A stretch of 64,000 bases of DNA from a bacterium (GCA_040756235.1 JBFLZG010000062.1:89913-153912); one strand, 5' to 3'. Shown: positions 46,718 through 56,268, numbered from the stretch's first letter. The notes: a model not told the origin generated them from the sequence alone. Made by a program: numbers and translations.

Positions 46718-47299
46718 ATGAGTTGGACGACGAACCCTGCGGACGGCTTTGCCTTGATGGAAGACAACGAGCTCCTGATCGGGCAGTTGTACCGGCAGTA
46801 CGCAGTGAAGCTGCCCCGGCAGGTCCGTCTGTGGTCTGGCCTGGCTCGGGACGAGATACAGCACGCGTGGCTGCTGAGAAGACTCCGGTCCAGGCTGCCT
46901 GCGCAGAGACGGCATGACGACCGGGACGGGATCGACGCGGGAAGTCTCTGCACCTTCAGGGATTTCATGAAGGGCCTGCTGTACAGCACGCTCGAGAAGG
47001 ACCCGGCCTCCGAGTCAGCCATCCATTCGGCCCTGTACATTCAATGGTCGCTCTTGGAGCAGGACTTTTTTCAGATGAGCGACGAAGACCCGGAGGAGGT
47101 GCGCACGGTCATGCAGACGCTGAGCGCCGGCACACGCAGACACCGGGGCAGGCTGCTCCGGGCCCTGGCGAGAAACCGGAAAGATTCTCGCGAGGCACGA
47201 GTCGGGGAGGACGAAGCCGTCGCGGCTGAAAGGGGCTTCGTCCTGCCGCGGTCCTGTGTGGAATTCAATCACCTGGTTTTTTTTCCGCTGGAGGCCTGA
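46718..47299 (+). CDS. Ferritin/rubrerythrin-like four-helix protein
   Basis: E......LY...A, W..LA.DE..HA..L; second half degenerate (GTRRH); GGAGGTG RBS. Confidence 0.65.
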   Translation: MSWTTNPADGFALMEDNELLIGQLYRQYAVKLPRQVRLWSGLARDEIQHAWLLRRLRSRLPAQRRHDDRDGIDAGSLCTFRDFMKGLLYSTLEKDPASESAIHSALYIQWSLLEQDFFQMSDEDPEEVRTVMQTLSAGTRRHRGRLLRALARNRKDSREARVGEDEAVAAERGFVLPRSCVEFNHLVFFPLEA

Positions 47300-47310
47300 G
47301 GGAGACCGGC

Positions 47311-47829
47311 TCAGCGGGATTCACAGGATTCCAGGATCTGGAGGAGGATGGGATTCACGAGCTCCAGCAGCTCGATGTCCTCGGAATCATCGCTCGTCCC
47401 CTGGAAGAGATTGATGCGGATCTTGTTGATGACCTCGCCGGTAGCCTCGACCAACTGCTCCTCTGTCATGGGCATCCGGTGGGTGTAGTGCGCCGAGAAA
47501 TCGGAGAAGATGCCGCGGAGCCGCAGGCTTCGGGTGTCGATGACAGGCTTGGCGAAGCGCGCTCCCTTGCGGCACGCCAGCTTGTGGAGCCTTTGGCGGT
47601 TATCCTTCAAGACCTGGAGTACGTTCGACCGTTTTGCGGCGAAATACTCCAGTACCTTCTCCCGGTCCGCGTAAATCTCGCGGAAGGGGATTCCGGTCTG
47701 GGTTCTCTGTCGCTGAGCGGCCGCGACCAAAGCGATCCAGGCGTAAAAAAACCTGTCGAAGGGATCCTCGGCCTTCCTCGCCTTTTCCAGCCATCTCTGG
47801 ACAAAATCCCGACGCCTCCCCAAAGCCAT
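47311..47829 (-). CDS. HEPN-like protein (Rx4H motif degenerate)
   Basis: W...A....D.F.RF...WIA N-terminus and C-terminal KIRINLFQG resembling R.NLFHG; GGAGGAG upstream of ATG 47829. Confidence 0.6.
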   Translation of the reverse strand: MALGRRRDFVQRWLEKARKAEDPFDRFFYAWIALVAAAQRQRTQTGIPFREIYADREKVLEYFAAKRSNVLQVLKDNRQRLHKLACRKGARFAKPVIDTRSLRLRGIFSDFSAHYTHRMPMTEEQLVEATGEVINKIRINLFQGTSDDSEDIELLELVNPILLQILESCESR

Positions 47830-48054
47830 TCCGAGCTCTCCTCCGTGCAGCCTGTCTGGCGCTGATATCCTCCGCGATTCAGTCCGTCTTTTCAATGCCG
47901 AACGGAGCGATCGCTGCCGAGCCCCCGGCCCCGCGGCTGTCCTCGGGAAAAAGCCGGCGGATTGCGAACGGGATATTGACACATTGCGTCAAGGGATTTA
48001 TATTCTCTTTGTTCCATTATCCTCGTACGGACATTCAAGAAGGAGGTTGAGAAG

Positions 48055-48258
48055 ATGCGCACCAACGGCGATGCTCTGAAGCCCCTTGGGTCCGAGTTGC
48101 TCGATGGCTGGAGGGTCCTGCGGTCCTGGGCCGAGCGAACCTGGTCACGGGAAATGATCGCGGAGGCCGGCCTCGTGGGTTCCACCCTCGCGCTCTGCGC
48201 CTTTGTGCTGTACTGCCTCGGGCAGGGGTTGAGTCAGCAGGTTCTGATCGGCTTCTGA
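48055..48258 (+). CDS. Small membrane protein, 67 aa
   Basis: AAGAAGGAGG RBS; one C-terminal hydrophobic helix. Confidence 0.6.
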   Translation: MRTNGDALKPLGSELLDGWRVLRSWAERTWSREMIAEAGLVGSTLALCAFVLYCLGQGLSQQVLIGF

Positions 48259-48397
48259 GTCTGCGAGCGGTCGGATCGCAGCCTCTTGCCGCTCCCAAGC
48301 CGAGAAGATCACGCGCACAGTGCAAAGCTTAAGCAACGCTCGTTCCTTCTGGCTGCGGACAGGCAACTGACGAGCGGCAACTCAGGCCAGGCGAGCC

Positions 48398-48431
48398 GAG
48401 CGCAGGAGATGGGCGTCTTTCAACAGCCTCT
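48398..48431 (+). repeat. MITE-like repeat, isolated degenerate right end
   Basis: CGCAGGAGATGGGCGTCTTTCAACAGCCTC resembles the CGCCGCAGATGGGCCTTTTTCAACGGCCT end of copy B; lies next to the NlpC/P60 stop. Confidence 0.55.
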
Positions 48432-48436
48432 CAGGA

Positions 48437-49732
48437 TCAGTACGAGAGGTCCAACGTGAGGAAGAGGTCGTGATAGCCCCTGTAGCGAAGCTCGGAGTCC
48501 ACCCGGGGCTCCAGCAGATCCTGAAACAGGGAATGCTGCCCCATGACGGAAAGCCGCATCAAGTCCGTGAGACGATAGCGGAAGGCGAAGCTCATGCCCA
48601 CAGAGGGCGCCGTTTCCTGAGAGGGGATGACGGGGTAGAAGGAGAGACCCTGAGGGTCCCCGTACTGGAAGGACATCTGCAAGTCGTACCTGCGGGCCTG
48701 GGAGATCATGTGAGCTTCCAAACCGAACACCCCGGGAAAGCTCATGCGGTCTCGGATCTCCTCGGCGTAGTCGAAATAAGTGACCGACGGTGTGATGCGG
48801 AGCCACCGGAACAAGCCGATGTCGCTTGCAATGCGCAATCCGCTTCGCGTGACCCCGTAGAGGTCCCCCCCGGCCAGGGACGGCTCGGCTGAATCGAGAC
48901 GTGGCGAAACCGAGCCGGTGGCGCTCTCCAGGTGGGACCGTTCCCACAGCGCGCTCAACGTGAGATTCCAGACGTGATCGAGGAGAATCTGGTTGTAACC
49001 GACCTCGAGTGAGAAGGGTTTGCCCTTGGACGCGCGGCCAGGGCCGATTCCCAGGCCGCGGCCGCTGCGCGGATCCTCCCAGCCCAGCCCATAGTCGAGG
49101 CGCTCATCCTCCAGCAGCCCCTCGAACTGCAAGAGAATCTGGCTGCTCTCGTTCAGGGAATACTCGAGCAGGCCTTCGGTGGCGAGTACGTCGTCGTCCG
49201 CCGTATCGAGCTCGGCGAGTCTCCTTGCACCCACAAAAGTCTTCTTGTAATAGGGGCTGTTCAGGCTGGAAATGATGACGCCCCTCTTGCGGCTGGCATG
49301 AACGAAATTGCCTTCCGAAAGGTAGATTCCCACGTGGTCGATCCGCTTCTTGCGTGCGAAGAAGACTAGATCGCCAGGCTGCAAGTCGGTGTGCGAAATG
49401 GGTTTCAGGAAGGGCAGCTTGTACTGCTGGGAAGCTTGGTGGGGAAGATCAACCTTGAATACGCTGGAGTAGATCTGTTTGGACAGGCCGGAACAGTCGA
49501 TCCCGTTGGCACAGGTCCCGCCCCTGCGATAGGGCGCGCCAAGGTAGGCTTTCGTCCCGTGAAGGAGCGCTTCGTCGAATCCGGTATCGGCACCCGGATC
49601 GGCTACCGGAACAGAGGCCTGCTTCTCGCCCGACGCCTCCTGGCCGCCTGACAGCACGAGCAGGAAGCAGCCGACGCAGAGGATAGCCAAGCTCAACCGG
49701 TGCATGTGGGCGTGGTCCGTTCCCGATTTCAT
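48437..49732 (-). CDS. NlpC/P60 (C40) peptidase with C-terminal putative outer-membrane beta-barrel
   Basis: Signal-like segment; YLGAPY..GG....GIDCSG, LQPGDLVFF, HVGIY, FVHAS; about 240-aa beta-rich C-terminal region ending LTLDLSY. Confidence 0.88.
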   Translation of the reverse strand: MKSGTDHAHMHRLSLAILCVGCFLLVLSGGQEASGEKQASVPVADPGADTGFDEALLHGTKAYLGAPYRRGGTCANGIDCSGLSKQIYSSVFKVDLPHQASQQYKLPFLKPISHTDLQPGDLVFFARKKRIDHVGIYLSEGNFVHASRKRGVIISSLNSPYYKKTFVGARRLAELDTADDDVLATEGLLEYSLNESSQILLQFEGLLEDERLDYGLGWEDPRSGRGLGIGPGRASKGKPFSLEVGYNQILLDHVWNLTLSALWERSHLESATGSVSPRLDSAEPSLAGGDLYGVTRSGLRIASDIGLFRWLRITPSVTYFDYAEEIRDRMSFPGVFGLEAHMISQARRYDLQMSFQYGDPQGLSFYPVIPSQETAPSVGMSFAFRYRLTDLMRLSVMGQHSLFQDLLEPRVDSELRYRGYHDLFLTLDLSY

Positions 49733-49771
49733 CCAGCCAGCAGGGCCGTGACATGGGTTTCTGCACTTCTG

Positions 49772-49787
49772 TGCAAAGGTCAGGCCA
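49772..49787 (-). promoter_or_regulatory. Sigma-54 (-24/-12) promoter of the NlpC/P60 gene
   Basis: Minus strand TGGCCT-GACCT-TTGCA (GG-N10-GC), 40 nt before ATG 49732. Confidence 0.6.
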
Positions 49788-50142
49788 GGTCCAAGGTCTG
49801 TTTCCTCGGGAGCTGACCCGGGTCAAAGTCGCAAAACACGTGTGTAGCAACTAATATTATTCGATACCACAGGAAATCGCGTTTGTAAACCCAAAAACTT
49901 GAAATGGGCTTTCTTTTTGGCCGATGGCGGTGCGGCCGCGATCCGCTCCATGCATCGTCTTTTCGGCATCCTGGGTGAAATTCTGAAAGGCTCCTGCCTG
50001 TTTCAGGCTCAGCCTCAAAGCACAATTTCGTTACACCAGCCCCGGAGATGCCGAACAGCGGGGCTCTGCCATCGTGCGCCGCGCCGGCTTGTCTCGAGAG
50101 ACAGATTCGAGTCCCCGGAAGACAAGATTGGCCTCCTCGGAC

Positions 50143-50577
50143 TCAGGAAGCGGCGGGTTGAGAACCGAAGAGCCTCTGAAAGACCGCGATGTCTCCGGAG
50201 AAGGTCAGGACCTTGGATACGATCAAGCTCCGGAACGTCTGCTCATCCGCCTCACCGCCGGCCATCGAGAGGATCAGGTCGTTGAAATCCCGGGCTTCCA
50301 GATACAGGATCAGGTCGGTCTTTTCGGTCTCTCCCTCGACGACCTCGACCTTGTCCCGGTCGGCCACCAGGCTGTAGGTTCCCCCGCCTCTGCCGCTCAG
50401 CTCGAAACGCACCACGGCCGGGCGATCGAGGGAGAGTGTCTTTGGATCGATGGAGTCTGCCATCTCCTGAATGATCCAGCTGCTCGGAAGGGCCGGGTCC
50501 CAGATGACCCAGAGGAGGCCTGCGGCCAGAATGACGGCTCCGATGATCTCGCCCCGGTTCCGCATCCGTCTCTTCAT
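50143..50577 (-). CDS. SCP2 sterol/lipid-binding domain protein with N-terminal TM
   Basis: F.LSG.GGG.Y.L, V.EG.....D..L.....DF..L, F..L...K.L..SGD; AGGAG RBS. Confidence 0.75.
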   Translation of the reverse strand: MKRRMRNRGEIIGAVILAAGLLWVIWDPALPSSWIIQEMADSIDPKTLSLDRPAVVRFELSGRGGGTYSLVADRDKVEVVEGETEKTDLILYLEARDFNDLILSMAGGEADEQTFRSLIVSKVLTFSGDIAVFQRLFGSQPAAS

Positions 50578-50928
50578 GCTTGGCTCCTGTGCTGATGCCT
50601 TGTCGCGGGCAGCCACGCCTGCCTCGGGGCCGGTCAGGAAGGCCTACCCTCTGCCTTTGCTCCGGTCGTGTACCTCTTAATGCATTTTCAGGACGATGTC
50701 AAAGGCTTTCCTTGGGCTCCAAACAGCATTCCTCCGACTCCGCCGCCGGGGGGGGCGATAGCCGAAGCTTCTGGTGTTTCGGCACCTGGGTGTGCTAGCT
50801 TCCGGGCGTGACACCGTCGCCGGACGCCTGCAAGCGTTTGCGCGGGGGCCGCGGGCCCGCCTTCGGCCGCAAACTCTCCTCAGAGGGCCCCAGACCGGAA
50901 GCAAGCCGTACGAGAAAGGAGCGTCGCC

Positions 50929-51732
50929 ATGACCGTGATCCGGATGAACGACTGGCCGCCCTATTCGCCCATCGACGTGAATCGCCGCAGGTGCGCCGTG
51001 GAGGCCGCCAAGCTCATGGCCAATGCGGCGCAGACCGCACCCAACGCCGGAGGCGTGACCCAGGTCGAGGCCACGATCCTCTACGGCATGGAGGAGCAGG
51101 AGCAGCTCGCCCGAAAGATGGAGGAGCTGGCGTGGCAGGTCGACGGCAAGTCGATCTCCCGCTGGTTCAAGTACGAAGCCGTGATGGTGCGCGAATCCGA
51201 CGTGGTGTTGATCCTGGGCGACTTCCGGGCCAAGGACTCGCCCATGGACGCCGAGTGCGGCTTCTGCAGCGGAACGGGAAATTGCAGCTTCCTCTACGAG
51301 CACAGGCCCCACATCAACGGTCTGATTGACCCGACCAAGCGGGACTTCGACACCCTCGTGGACGGGCCCTTGTGCGGCGTGCGGGTCCACGATTTCGGCT
51401 ACGCCGTGGGCTCGGCCCTGTTCATGGCGAACCGGCTCATGGTGGACGCGAGGTCGTTCTGGACCGTCGGGGTGGCGGCCCAGCGGCTGGGCTACAATCC
51501 GGACTCTGCGATGCAGGTGGGGGTCCTCATCGCGGCGCTCGCCAAGAACCCCTATGTGGACGTGAATACGGATTACCACGTGGTGAACCTGCAGAAGCTG
51601 ATCGATGCGAACCGCAAGCTCTACGCCCTCTATCGCCAGGCGGGCGGCGATTACCGGTTCAGGGATCCGGGTTTCGAGGCGGAAAAGCAGGCACGGAAGC
51701 TGGAGAAGGATTCTTCCGGAGAGGAGGAATAG
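50929..51732 (+). CDS. DUF2148-like Fe-S protein (paralog 1)
   Basis: A.LM..AA.TAP..GG, CGFCSGTGNC, GPLC, D.G.A.GSA...A....VD.R....G.AA..LG; AAGGAG RBS. Confidence 0.85.
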   Translation: MTVIRMNDWPPYSPIDVNRRRCAVEAAKLMANAAQTAPNAGGVTQVEATILYGMEEQEQLARKMEELAWQVDGKSISRWFKYEAVMVRESDVVLILGDFRAKDSPMDAECGFCSGTGNCSFLYEHRPHINGLIDPTKRDFDTLVDGPLCGVRVHDFGYAVGSALFMANRLMVDARSFWTVGVAAQRLGYNPDSAMQVGVLIAALAKNPYVDVNTDYHVVNLQKLIDANRKLYALYRQAGGDYRFRDPGFEAEKQARKLEKDSSGEEE

Positions 51733-51734
51733 CC

Positions 51735-52622
51735 ATGGTCGAGATGCGTGTCCTGGACGGAGAGAAATTCGCACACGGAAAGCTGCTCGATGTGGCGGCG
51801 TCGTGCGTTCATGCCATCCACAAGGCGCCGCAGGTCAGCGGCCGGGTGAAGGTGCGGACCCTGATCCTGACCGGAAAGGTCCTGGAATACATGTTCGAGG
51901 CCCAGGGGATCCTGGGGCGGGTGGCCGTCTTCAACATCCTGAGCGGCGCCAGCTGGCAGCGCACCTATTACGCGGACGAGCCGCCGGTGCTGCTCCTGAT
52001 CGGAGCGGAGAACCTGTCGCGCTCCGAGCTCAACTGGGACTGCGGTGCTTGCGGGTTCAAGACTTGCGCAGAGATGAATCGCTACCACGCGCAGCGCAAG
52101 GACAAGGGCAACGCGGTCGCCAGGATGATGATGCAGGGGCCGGTCTGCATGTGGAAGCTCTTCGACTTCGGCGTCGTGTGCGACTGGGCCTGCGCCGCCT
52201 GCTGGCAGATGAACGTGACCAACCGCATCGAAGCCGCTTCGGGCATGTGCGCCAGGGCGATCGGGTTCCTGGAAGACTGCGACGTAGTGTACGGTCTGCC
52301 GATCGGGCCGATGCAGGACCTGTACTGGTACTCCCGCGACTTCATTGGCGAAATGGATCACGAACTGTGGCTGGAGCACGCCCAGGTCAACTACCCCACG
52401 CACTGGTCGGTGTTCCCCGGGCACGGCCGGCCCACCATCAAGTACGGACAGAAGTGGTGGGAAAGTCAGAGGGAGCGGCAGCTCAAGCCGTTCGATCACG
52501 AGGGCCATCTGCAGATCGCGGAAGAGTGTTTGCAGGAAGTCGCGGCCCTTCGGGAGCGGACACGGAAGTTCCTGGACGAGAACGGCATCCGGCTGGATTC
52601 GCCGGAAGCCTCCTCGAAGTAG
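51735..52622 (+). CDS. DUF2148-like Fe-S protein (paralog 2)
   Basis: A....AI.KAP..SG, DCGACGFKTC, GPVC....D.G, NRI...G..A...G, GLP; GAGGAGG RBS, 2 nt after the upstream stop. Confidence 0.8.
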   Translation: MVEMRVLDGEKFAHGKLLDVAASCVHAIHKAPQVSGRVKVRTLILTGKVLEYMFEAQGILGRVAVFNILSGASWQRTYYADEPPVLLLIGAENLSRSELNWDCGACGFKTCAEMNRYHAQRKDKGNAVARMMMQGPVCMWKLFDFGVVCDWACAACWQMNVTNRIEAASGMCARAIGFLEDCDVVYGLPIGPMQDLYWYSRDFIGEMDHELWLEHAQVNYPTHWSVFPGHGRPTIKYGQKWWESQRERQLKPFDHEGHLQIAEECLQEVAALRERTRKFLDENGIRLDSPEASSK

Positions 52623-52791
52623 CATGCGGCGGGCCGCGGGGAAACCTGCCGGCCGCCTGCTCGCATCCAGTGATGAGTGCGGCCGCTTCCGGCGTATGGT
52701 GAGATATCAGCCAAAAAGGGAGAGGTCGAAAGCAGCGAGCACTCTCCCCTTTGACTTTTGCCCTTGACCTTTCTCGAGCAGGAGCGAGGGC

Positions 52792-54018
52792 ATGGCCGAC
52801 CTGGTTTGTGACGCAGTCGTGGTCGGGGCAGGGCCAGCGGGTTCAGCCGCTGCTCGTGCCCTGGTTGCGGGGGGCATGAAGACCCTGCTGATCGAGAAGA
52901 GGAGCCTCCCCCGTCCGAAGATCTGCTCCGGCCTGCTGTCGCAGTGGACGGTCCATTTCATCCACCGGAAGTTCGGAGTCATCCCGCCCGAAGTCTACAC
53001 TTCGGTTCCCTTTCTGGACGGAATTGCCTTAAGCTTTCCCTCTTTGCCCGATCCCGTGGTGCTGCGGTCCAAGGGCCCGATTCCCTACGTCCGGAGAGAT
53101 CGCTTCGACCAGTTTCTGGCGCGGGCCGGCCGCGCCGAGATCCGGGACGGCCTGCGCATGGTTCGCGTCGCGGCCGATGGGGACGGCTTCGAGCTGGCTT
53201 GCGAGCGCAGGCGCAAGGACGGAAGGCTGAGCCGGACGAACGTACGGGCCGCCTATCTGGTCGGCGCCGACGGCTCCAATTCCCGGACCGTTCGGTGCGT
53301 GCTGCCCGAGGCCTACAGAGGAGCGATCTGGGCGACCGGCGTGCAGATGCACCTCTCGGGGAAGGTCCGGCTGGACCCGCTGTACTTTCACACCTTCTTC
53401 CACCTCGGGATCGGCTTCTACGCGTGGGCCAACCTGAAGGACGGGCAGATCGTTGCGGGCTCCGCAGGGATCGGCAGGAACAAGGCCCTGGGTTACTTCC
53501 GGAGTTTTCTCTCCCTCCTGGAGAGGGAGTACGCGCTCGAGAACCGGGGGGCCGTGAAAACGGAAGGGATGGCCGGCTACCTGCTGGCTCCGTTGAACCG
53601 CTTCGTGCTTGGTAAGGGGAACCTGGTGATCGCGGGCGATGCAGCCGGGTTCATGCACAGCGGGGGCGAGGGAATCTCCTGCGCTCTGACGACAGGGGAT
53701 CTGGCGGGGGATGCGATCGTGACCGCGGCGAAAACGGGGCGCCGAGCGCTCGACGTCTACCGTGAGACGGTCCGGGGCGAGGCGGAGCTCTGCCTGGACC
53801 AGGCGAATCCGCTGCGCATGTTCAGGACCTTGCCCATGTCTCTGGAGTACGGACCCCTCTGGCAGCGTTACTCGCTCAAGGAGCTGGCCCTCATGGCAGG
53901 AGACCTGAAGGCCTTCTGGAGGCAGCAGGACGGCCTGAAGGAAACCGGCCTGGGAAAGGCCAGCCGCAACAACATGGTGTACCGGGCGCTCAGAGGCCAT
54001 TACCCCCTGCAGATGTGA
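52792..54018 (+). CDS. Geranylgeranyl reductase-like FAD-dependent oxidoreductase
   Basis: GAGPAGSAAA, EK...PRPKICSG, R..FD.FL, GADGS.S, GDAAG......GEGI..AL.TG..A. Confidence 0.88.
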   Translation: MADLVCDAVVVGAGPAGSAAARALVAGGMKTLLIEKRSLPRPKICSGLLSQWTVHFIHRKFGVIPPEVYTSVPFLDGIALSFPSLPDPVVLRSKGPIPYVRRDRFDQFLARAGRAEIRDGLRMVRVAADGDGFELACERRRKDGRLSRTNVRAAYLVGADGSNSRTVRCVLPEAYRGAIWATGVQMHLSGKVRLDPLYFHTFFHLGIGFYAWANLKDGQIVAGSAGIGRNKALGYFRSFLSLLEREYALENRGAVKTEGMAGYLLAPLNRFVLGKGNLVIAGDAAGFMHSGGEGISCALTTGDLAGDAIVTAAKTGRRALDVYRETVRGEAELCLDQANPLRMFRTLPMSLEYGPLWQRYSLKELALMAGDLKAFWRQQDGLKETGLGKASRNNMVYRALRGHYPLQM

Positions 54019-54055
54019 GCCGGAGAGGGCTCTTCAGACCGCCCCTGCGCGCGGA

Positions 54056-56062
54056 TCAGACCGCCAGCGCGGCCTCAAACCCTTCCTGGATGGCCTCGAC
54101 GATCCTCCTGGGCTCCTTTGCGTCTCCGATGAGCCGGGCCGGGAGTCCCGCTGCCCGGAGCGCGTCGTGGAGCTCCCGGCAGGGAACGGCGCCGGTGGCG
54201 AGGACCACGGCGTCGGCCGGAATCAGCTCCCTCGCACCCTTCCGTTCCACCTCCACCCCTTCATCCGTGATCGCCGTGACCTTGGTATCGGCCATCATCT
54301 TCACATGGTAAGTCCTGAGATCGTTGAGCAGGACCCAGCGCGTCGTGCGGGCCACGTTGTTGGCGAGCCTGGGGAGCAGATCGACGACCGCGACCTCCTT
54401 GTTCCCGAGGGTGGCCCTTTGCCTGAGCGTGTCCACGTCCTCGGCCTCGTGGACGAAGAGGAAGTGGAGCGTTGCGGGATCCAGCGTTCCCTCCTGGGCG
54501 ATCTTGAGGGCTGTCTCGCAGCCGGTGGCGCTTCCCCCGATCACGACGACACGCTTGCCGGAGACTTCCGCTTTTCCTTTGAGAACGTCCCAGGCCAGCT
54601 TCACCTTGGGCTGATCGGCGCCGGGAAAAGGGGCGGCGGCGGGCCTGGCCCCGGTGGCCACGAAGACCTCATCGGGCTGCTCCAGCCGCACCGTCTCCGC
54701 GGTGGCACGGCAGCCCGCCTTCAAGATCACTCCGGCCGAGCGGGCCTGCGCGAGAAGCGAAGATACGATTTTCGCGAAGTCGGCCTTGTCCGGCGTCCGG
54801 GCGCCGAGCAGGATCTGTCCGCCGAACTCGGGGTCCGCCTCCATCAGGACCACGCGGTGGCCCCTGCGGGCAGCCGTCGCGGCCGCCATGAGGCCGGCCG
54901 GCCCTCCGCCCGCGACGACGATCTTCTTCGGTCTTTCGGTGCGCTCGATGACCGTCTCGGCTTCATGGCCCGCCAGCGGGTTCAGCATGCAGCCCACCGG
55001 CTGTCCAGAGAAGACGTTGTCGAAGCAGACCTCGTTGCATCCCATGCAGGGGAGGATCTCGTCCGTGCGGCCCTCGCGAGCCTTGTTCGGCAGGTGCGGG
55101 TCGGCGATGAGGGGCCGCCCCATGCAGATCATGTCGGCCCTCCCTTCGCGGAGCACCTTGTCGGCCAGCTCCGGAGAACCCAGCCGGTTGGAGGCCAGGA
55201 CCGGGATGCCTACGGCTTCCTTGATCCCCTGGGCCAGATAGACGAAGGCCCCGGGCGGAACGGCGTAGGTGAGCTGGGGGAAACGGGTCTCGTGCCAGCC
55301 TCCGGTCACATTGATCGCGTCCACCCCGGCTTGCTCCAGGGCTTTGCACACCAGGCTCGACTCCCGGTTGGTGTGGCTGCCGGGCATGTAGTCGTGACCC
55401 GCGACCCGGACGAGGATCGGGAAATCCCCGCCCACGTTCCTGCGGACCGAGGCGACGATCTCCAGGGGGAAACGCATGCGGTTCTCGAGCCCTCCTCCAT
55501 AGGCATCGGTGCGGACGTTGGTGATCGGCGAGAGGAACTGGGAGAGCAGGTAACCGGTGCATGCGAGGACCTCGACCGCATCGAAACCGGCCTCCCGCGC
55601 CCGGGCCGCGGCGGCGCCGAAGCGCGCGACCAGATCCTGGATCTCCGGGATGGTCAGCTCGCGGGGGGTCTCGCCCGTGAGCTTGGAAGGGATCGGGGAG
55701 GCGGACACGCACTGCTCGCCGGTCAGAAAGGAAAATCCGTAGCGGCCGGAGTGAAAGAGCTGGCAGGCGATCCTGGCGTCTGAGATGCGATGGATCTCCT
55801 GGTTGAACTTCTTCAACTGCGGCACGAAGCGGTCCTCGTCGAGGCCGAGCAGGACCGCTCCGCCGCCTGCCTTGTCCACCGCGTAAGGGCCGGTGATGAT
55901 CAGGCCGGCCCCGCCGCGGGCACGCTCGTAGTAAAAATGCTTGAAGCGATCGTTCATGGAGCCGTCCCGGGTGTACATCAGCCCCATGGAGGGCATGGCG
56001 ATCCGATTCTTGACGGACATGGAGCCGATCCGGACAGGGGAGAAGAGGTGCTGAAACGGCAT
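54056..56062 (-). CDS. NADH:flavin oxidoreductase, 2,4-dienoyl-CoA reductase (FadH)-like
   Basis: OYE barrel (ERARGG.GLI, GFDAVEV....GYL..QFLSP..N.RTD.YGG..ENR.RF, GWHE), CMGCNEVC...C Fe-S motif, GGGPAG and GGSATGCE dinucleotide motifs. Confidence 0.92.
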   Translation of the reverse strand: MPFQHLFSPVRIGSMSVKNRIAMPSMGLMYTRDGSMNDRFKHFYYERARGGAGLIITGPYAVDKAGGGAVLLGLDEDRFVPQLKKFNQEIHRISDARIACQLFHSGRYGFSFLTGEQCVSASPIPSKLTGETPRELTIPEIQDLVARFGAAAARAREAGFDAVEVLACTGYLLSQFLSPITNVRTDAYGGGLENRMRFPLEIVASVRRNVGGDFPILVRVAGHDYMPGSHTNRESSLVCKALEQAGVDAINVTGGWHETRFPQLTYAVPPGAFVYLAQGIKEAVGIPVLASNRLGSPELADKVLREGRADMICMGRPLIADPHLPNKAREGRTDEILPCMGCNEVCFDNVFSGQPVGCMLNPLAGHEAETVIERTERPKKIVVAGGGPAGLMAAATAARRGHRVVLMEADPEFGGQILLGARTPDKADFAKIVSSLLAQARSAGVILKAGCRATAETVRLEQPDEVFVATGARPAAAPFPGADQPKVKLAWDVLKGKAEVSGKRVVVIGGSATGCETALKIAQEGTLDPATLHFLFVHEAEDVDTLRQRATLGNKEVAVVDLLPRLANNVARTTRWVLLNDLRTYHVKMMADTKVTAITDEGVEVERKGARELIPADAVVLATGAVPCRELHDALRAAGLPARLIGDAKEPRRIVEAIQEGFEAALAV

Positions 56063-56268
56063 GAAATCCTCCTTGGCAAAAGGGTCGGTCGGAGGAAAAG
56101 AGACGGACTGACGCTACGCGAGGCTGGCCCATTGTAGCTTCGTGCCGGCACAGGCACAAGGATGTACGGAACGTGCCCTGATTGACCTTGAGGCCGAAAA
56201 AAGGCTAGAAGCCGGCCAAGAGTGTGAACCGGTCAGAACAAGGGGCGTCGAAAGACACCCCCTCTGAC

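Noticed and set aside
48322..48337. Possible sigma-54 site TTGCTTAAGCTTTGCA on the minus strand
   Set aside because: Lacks the invariant GG at -24.
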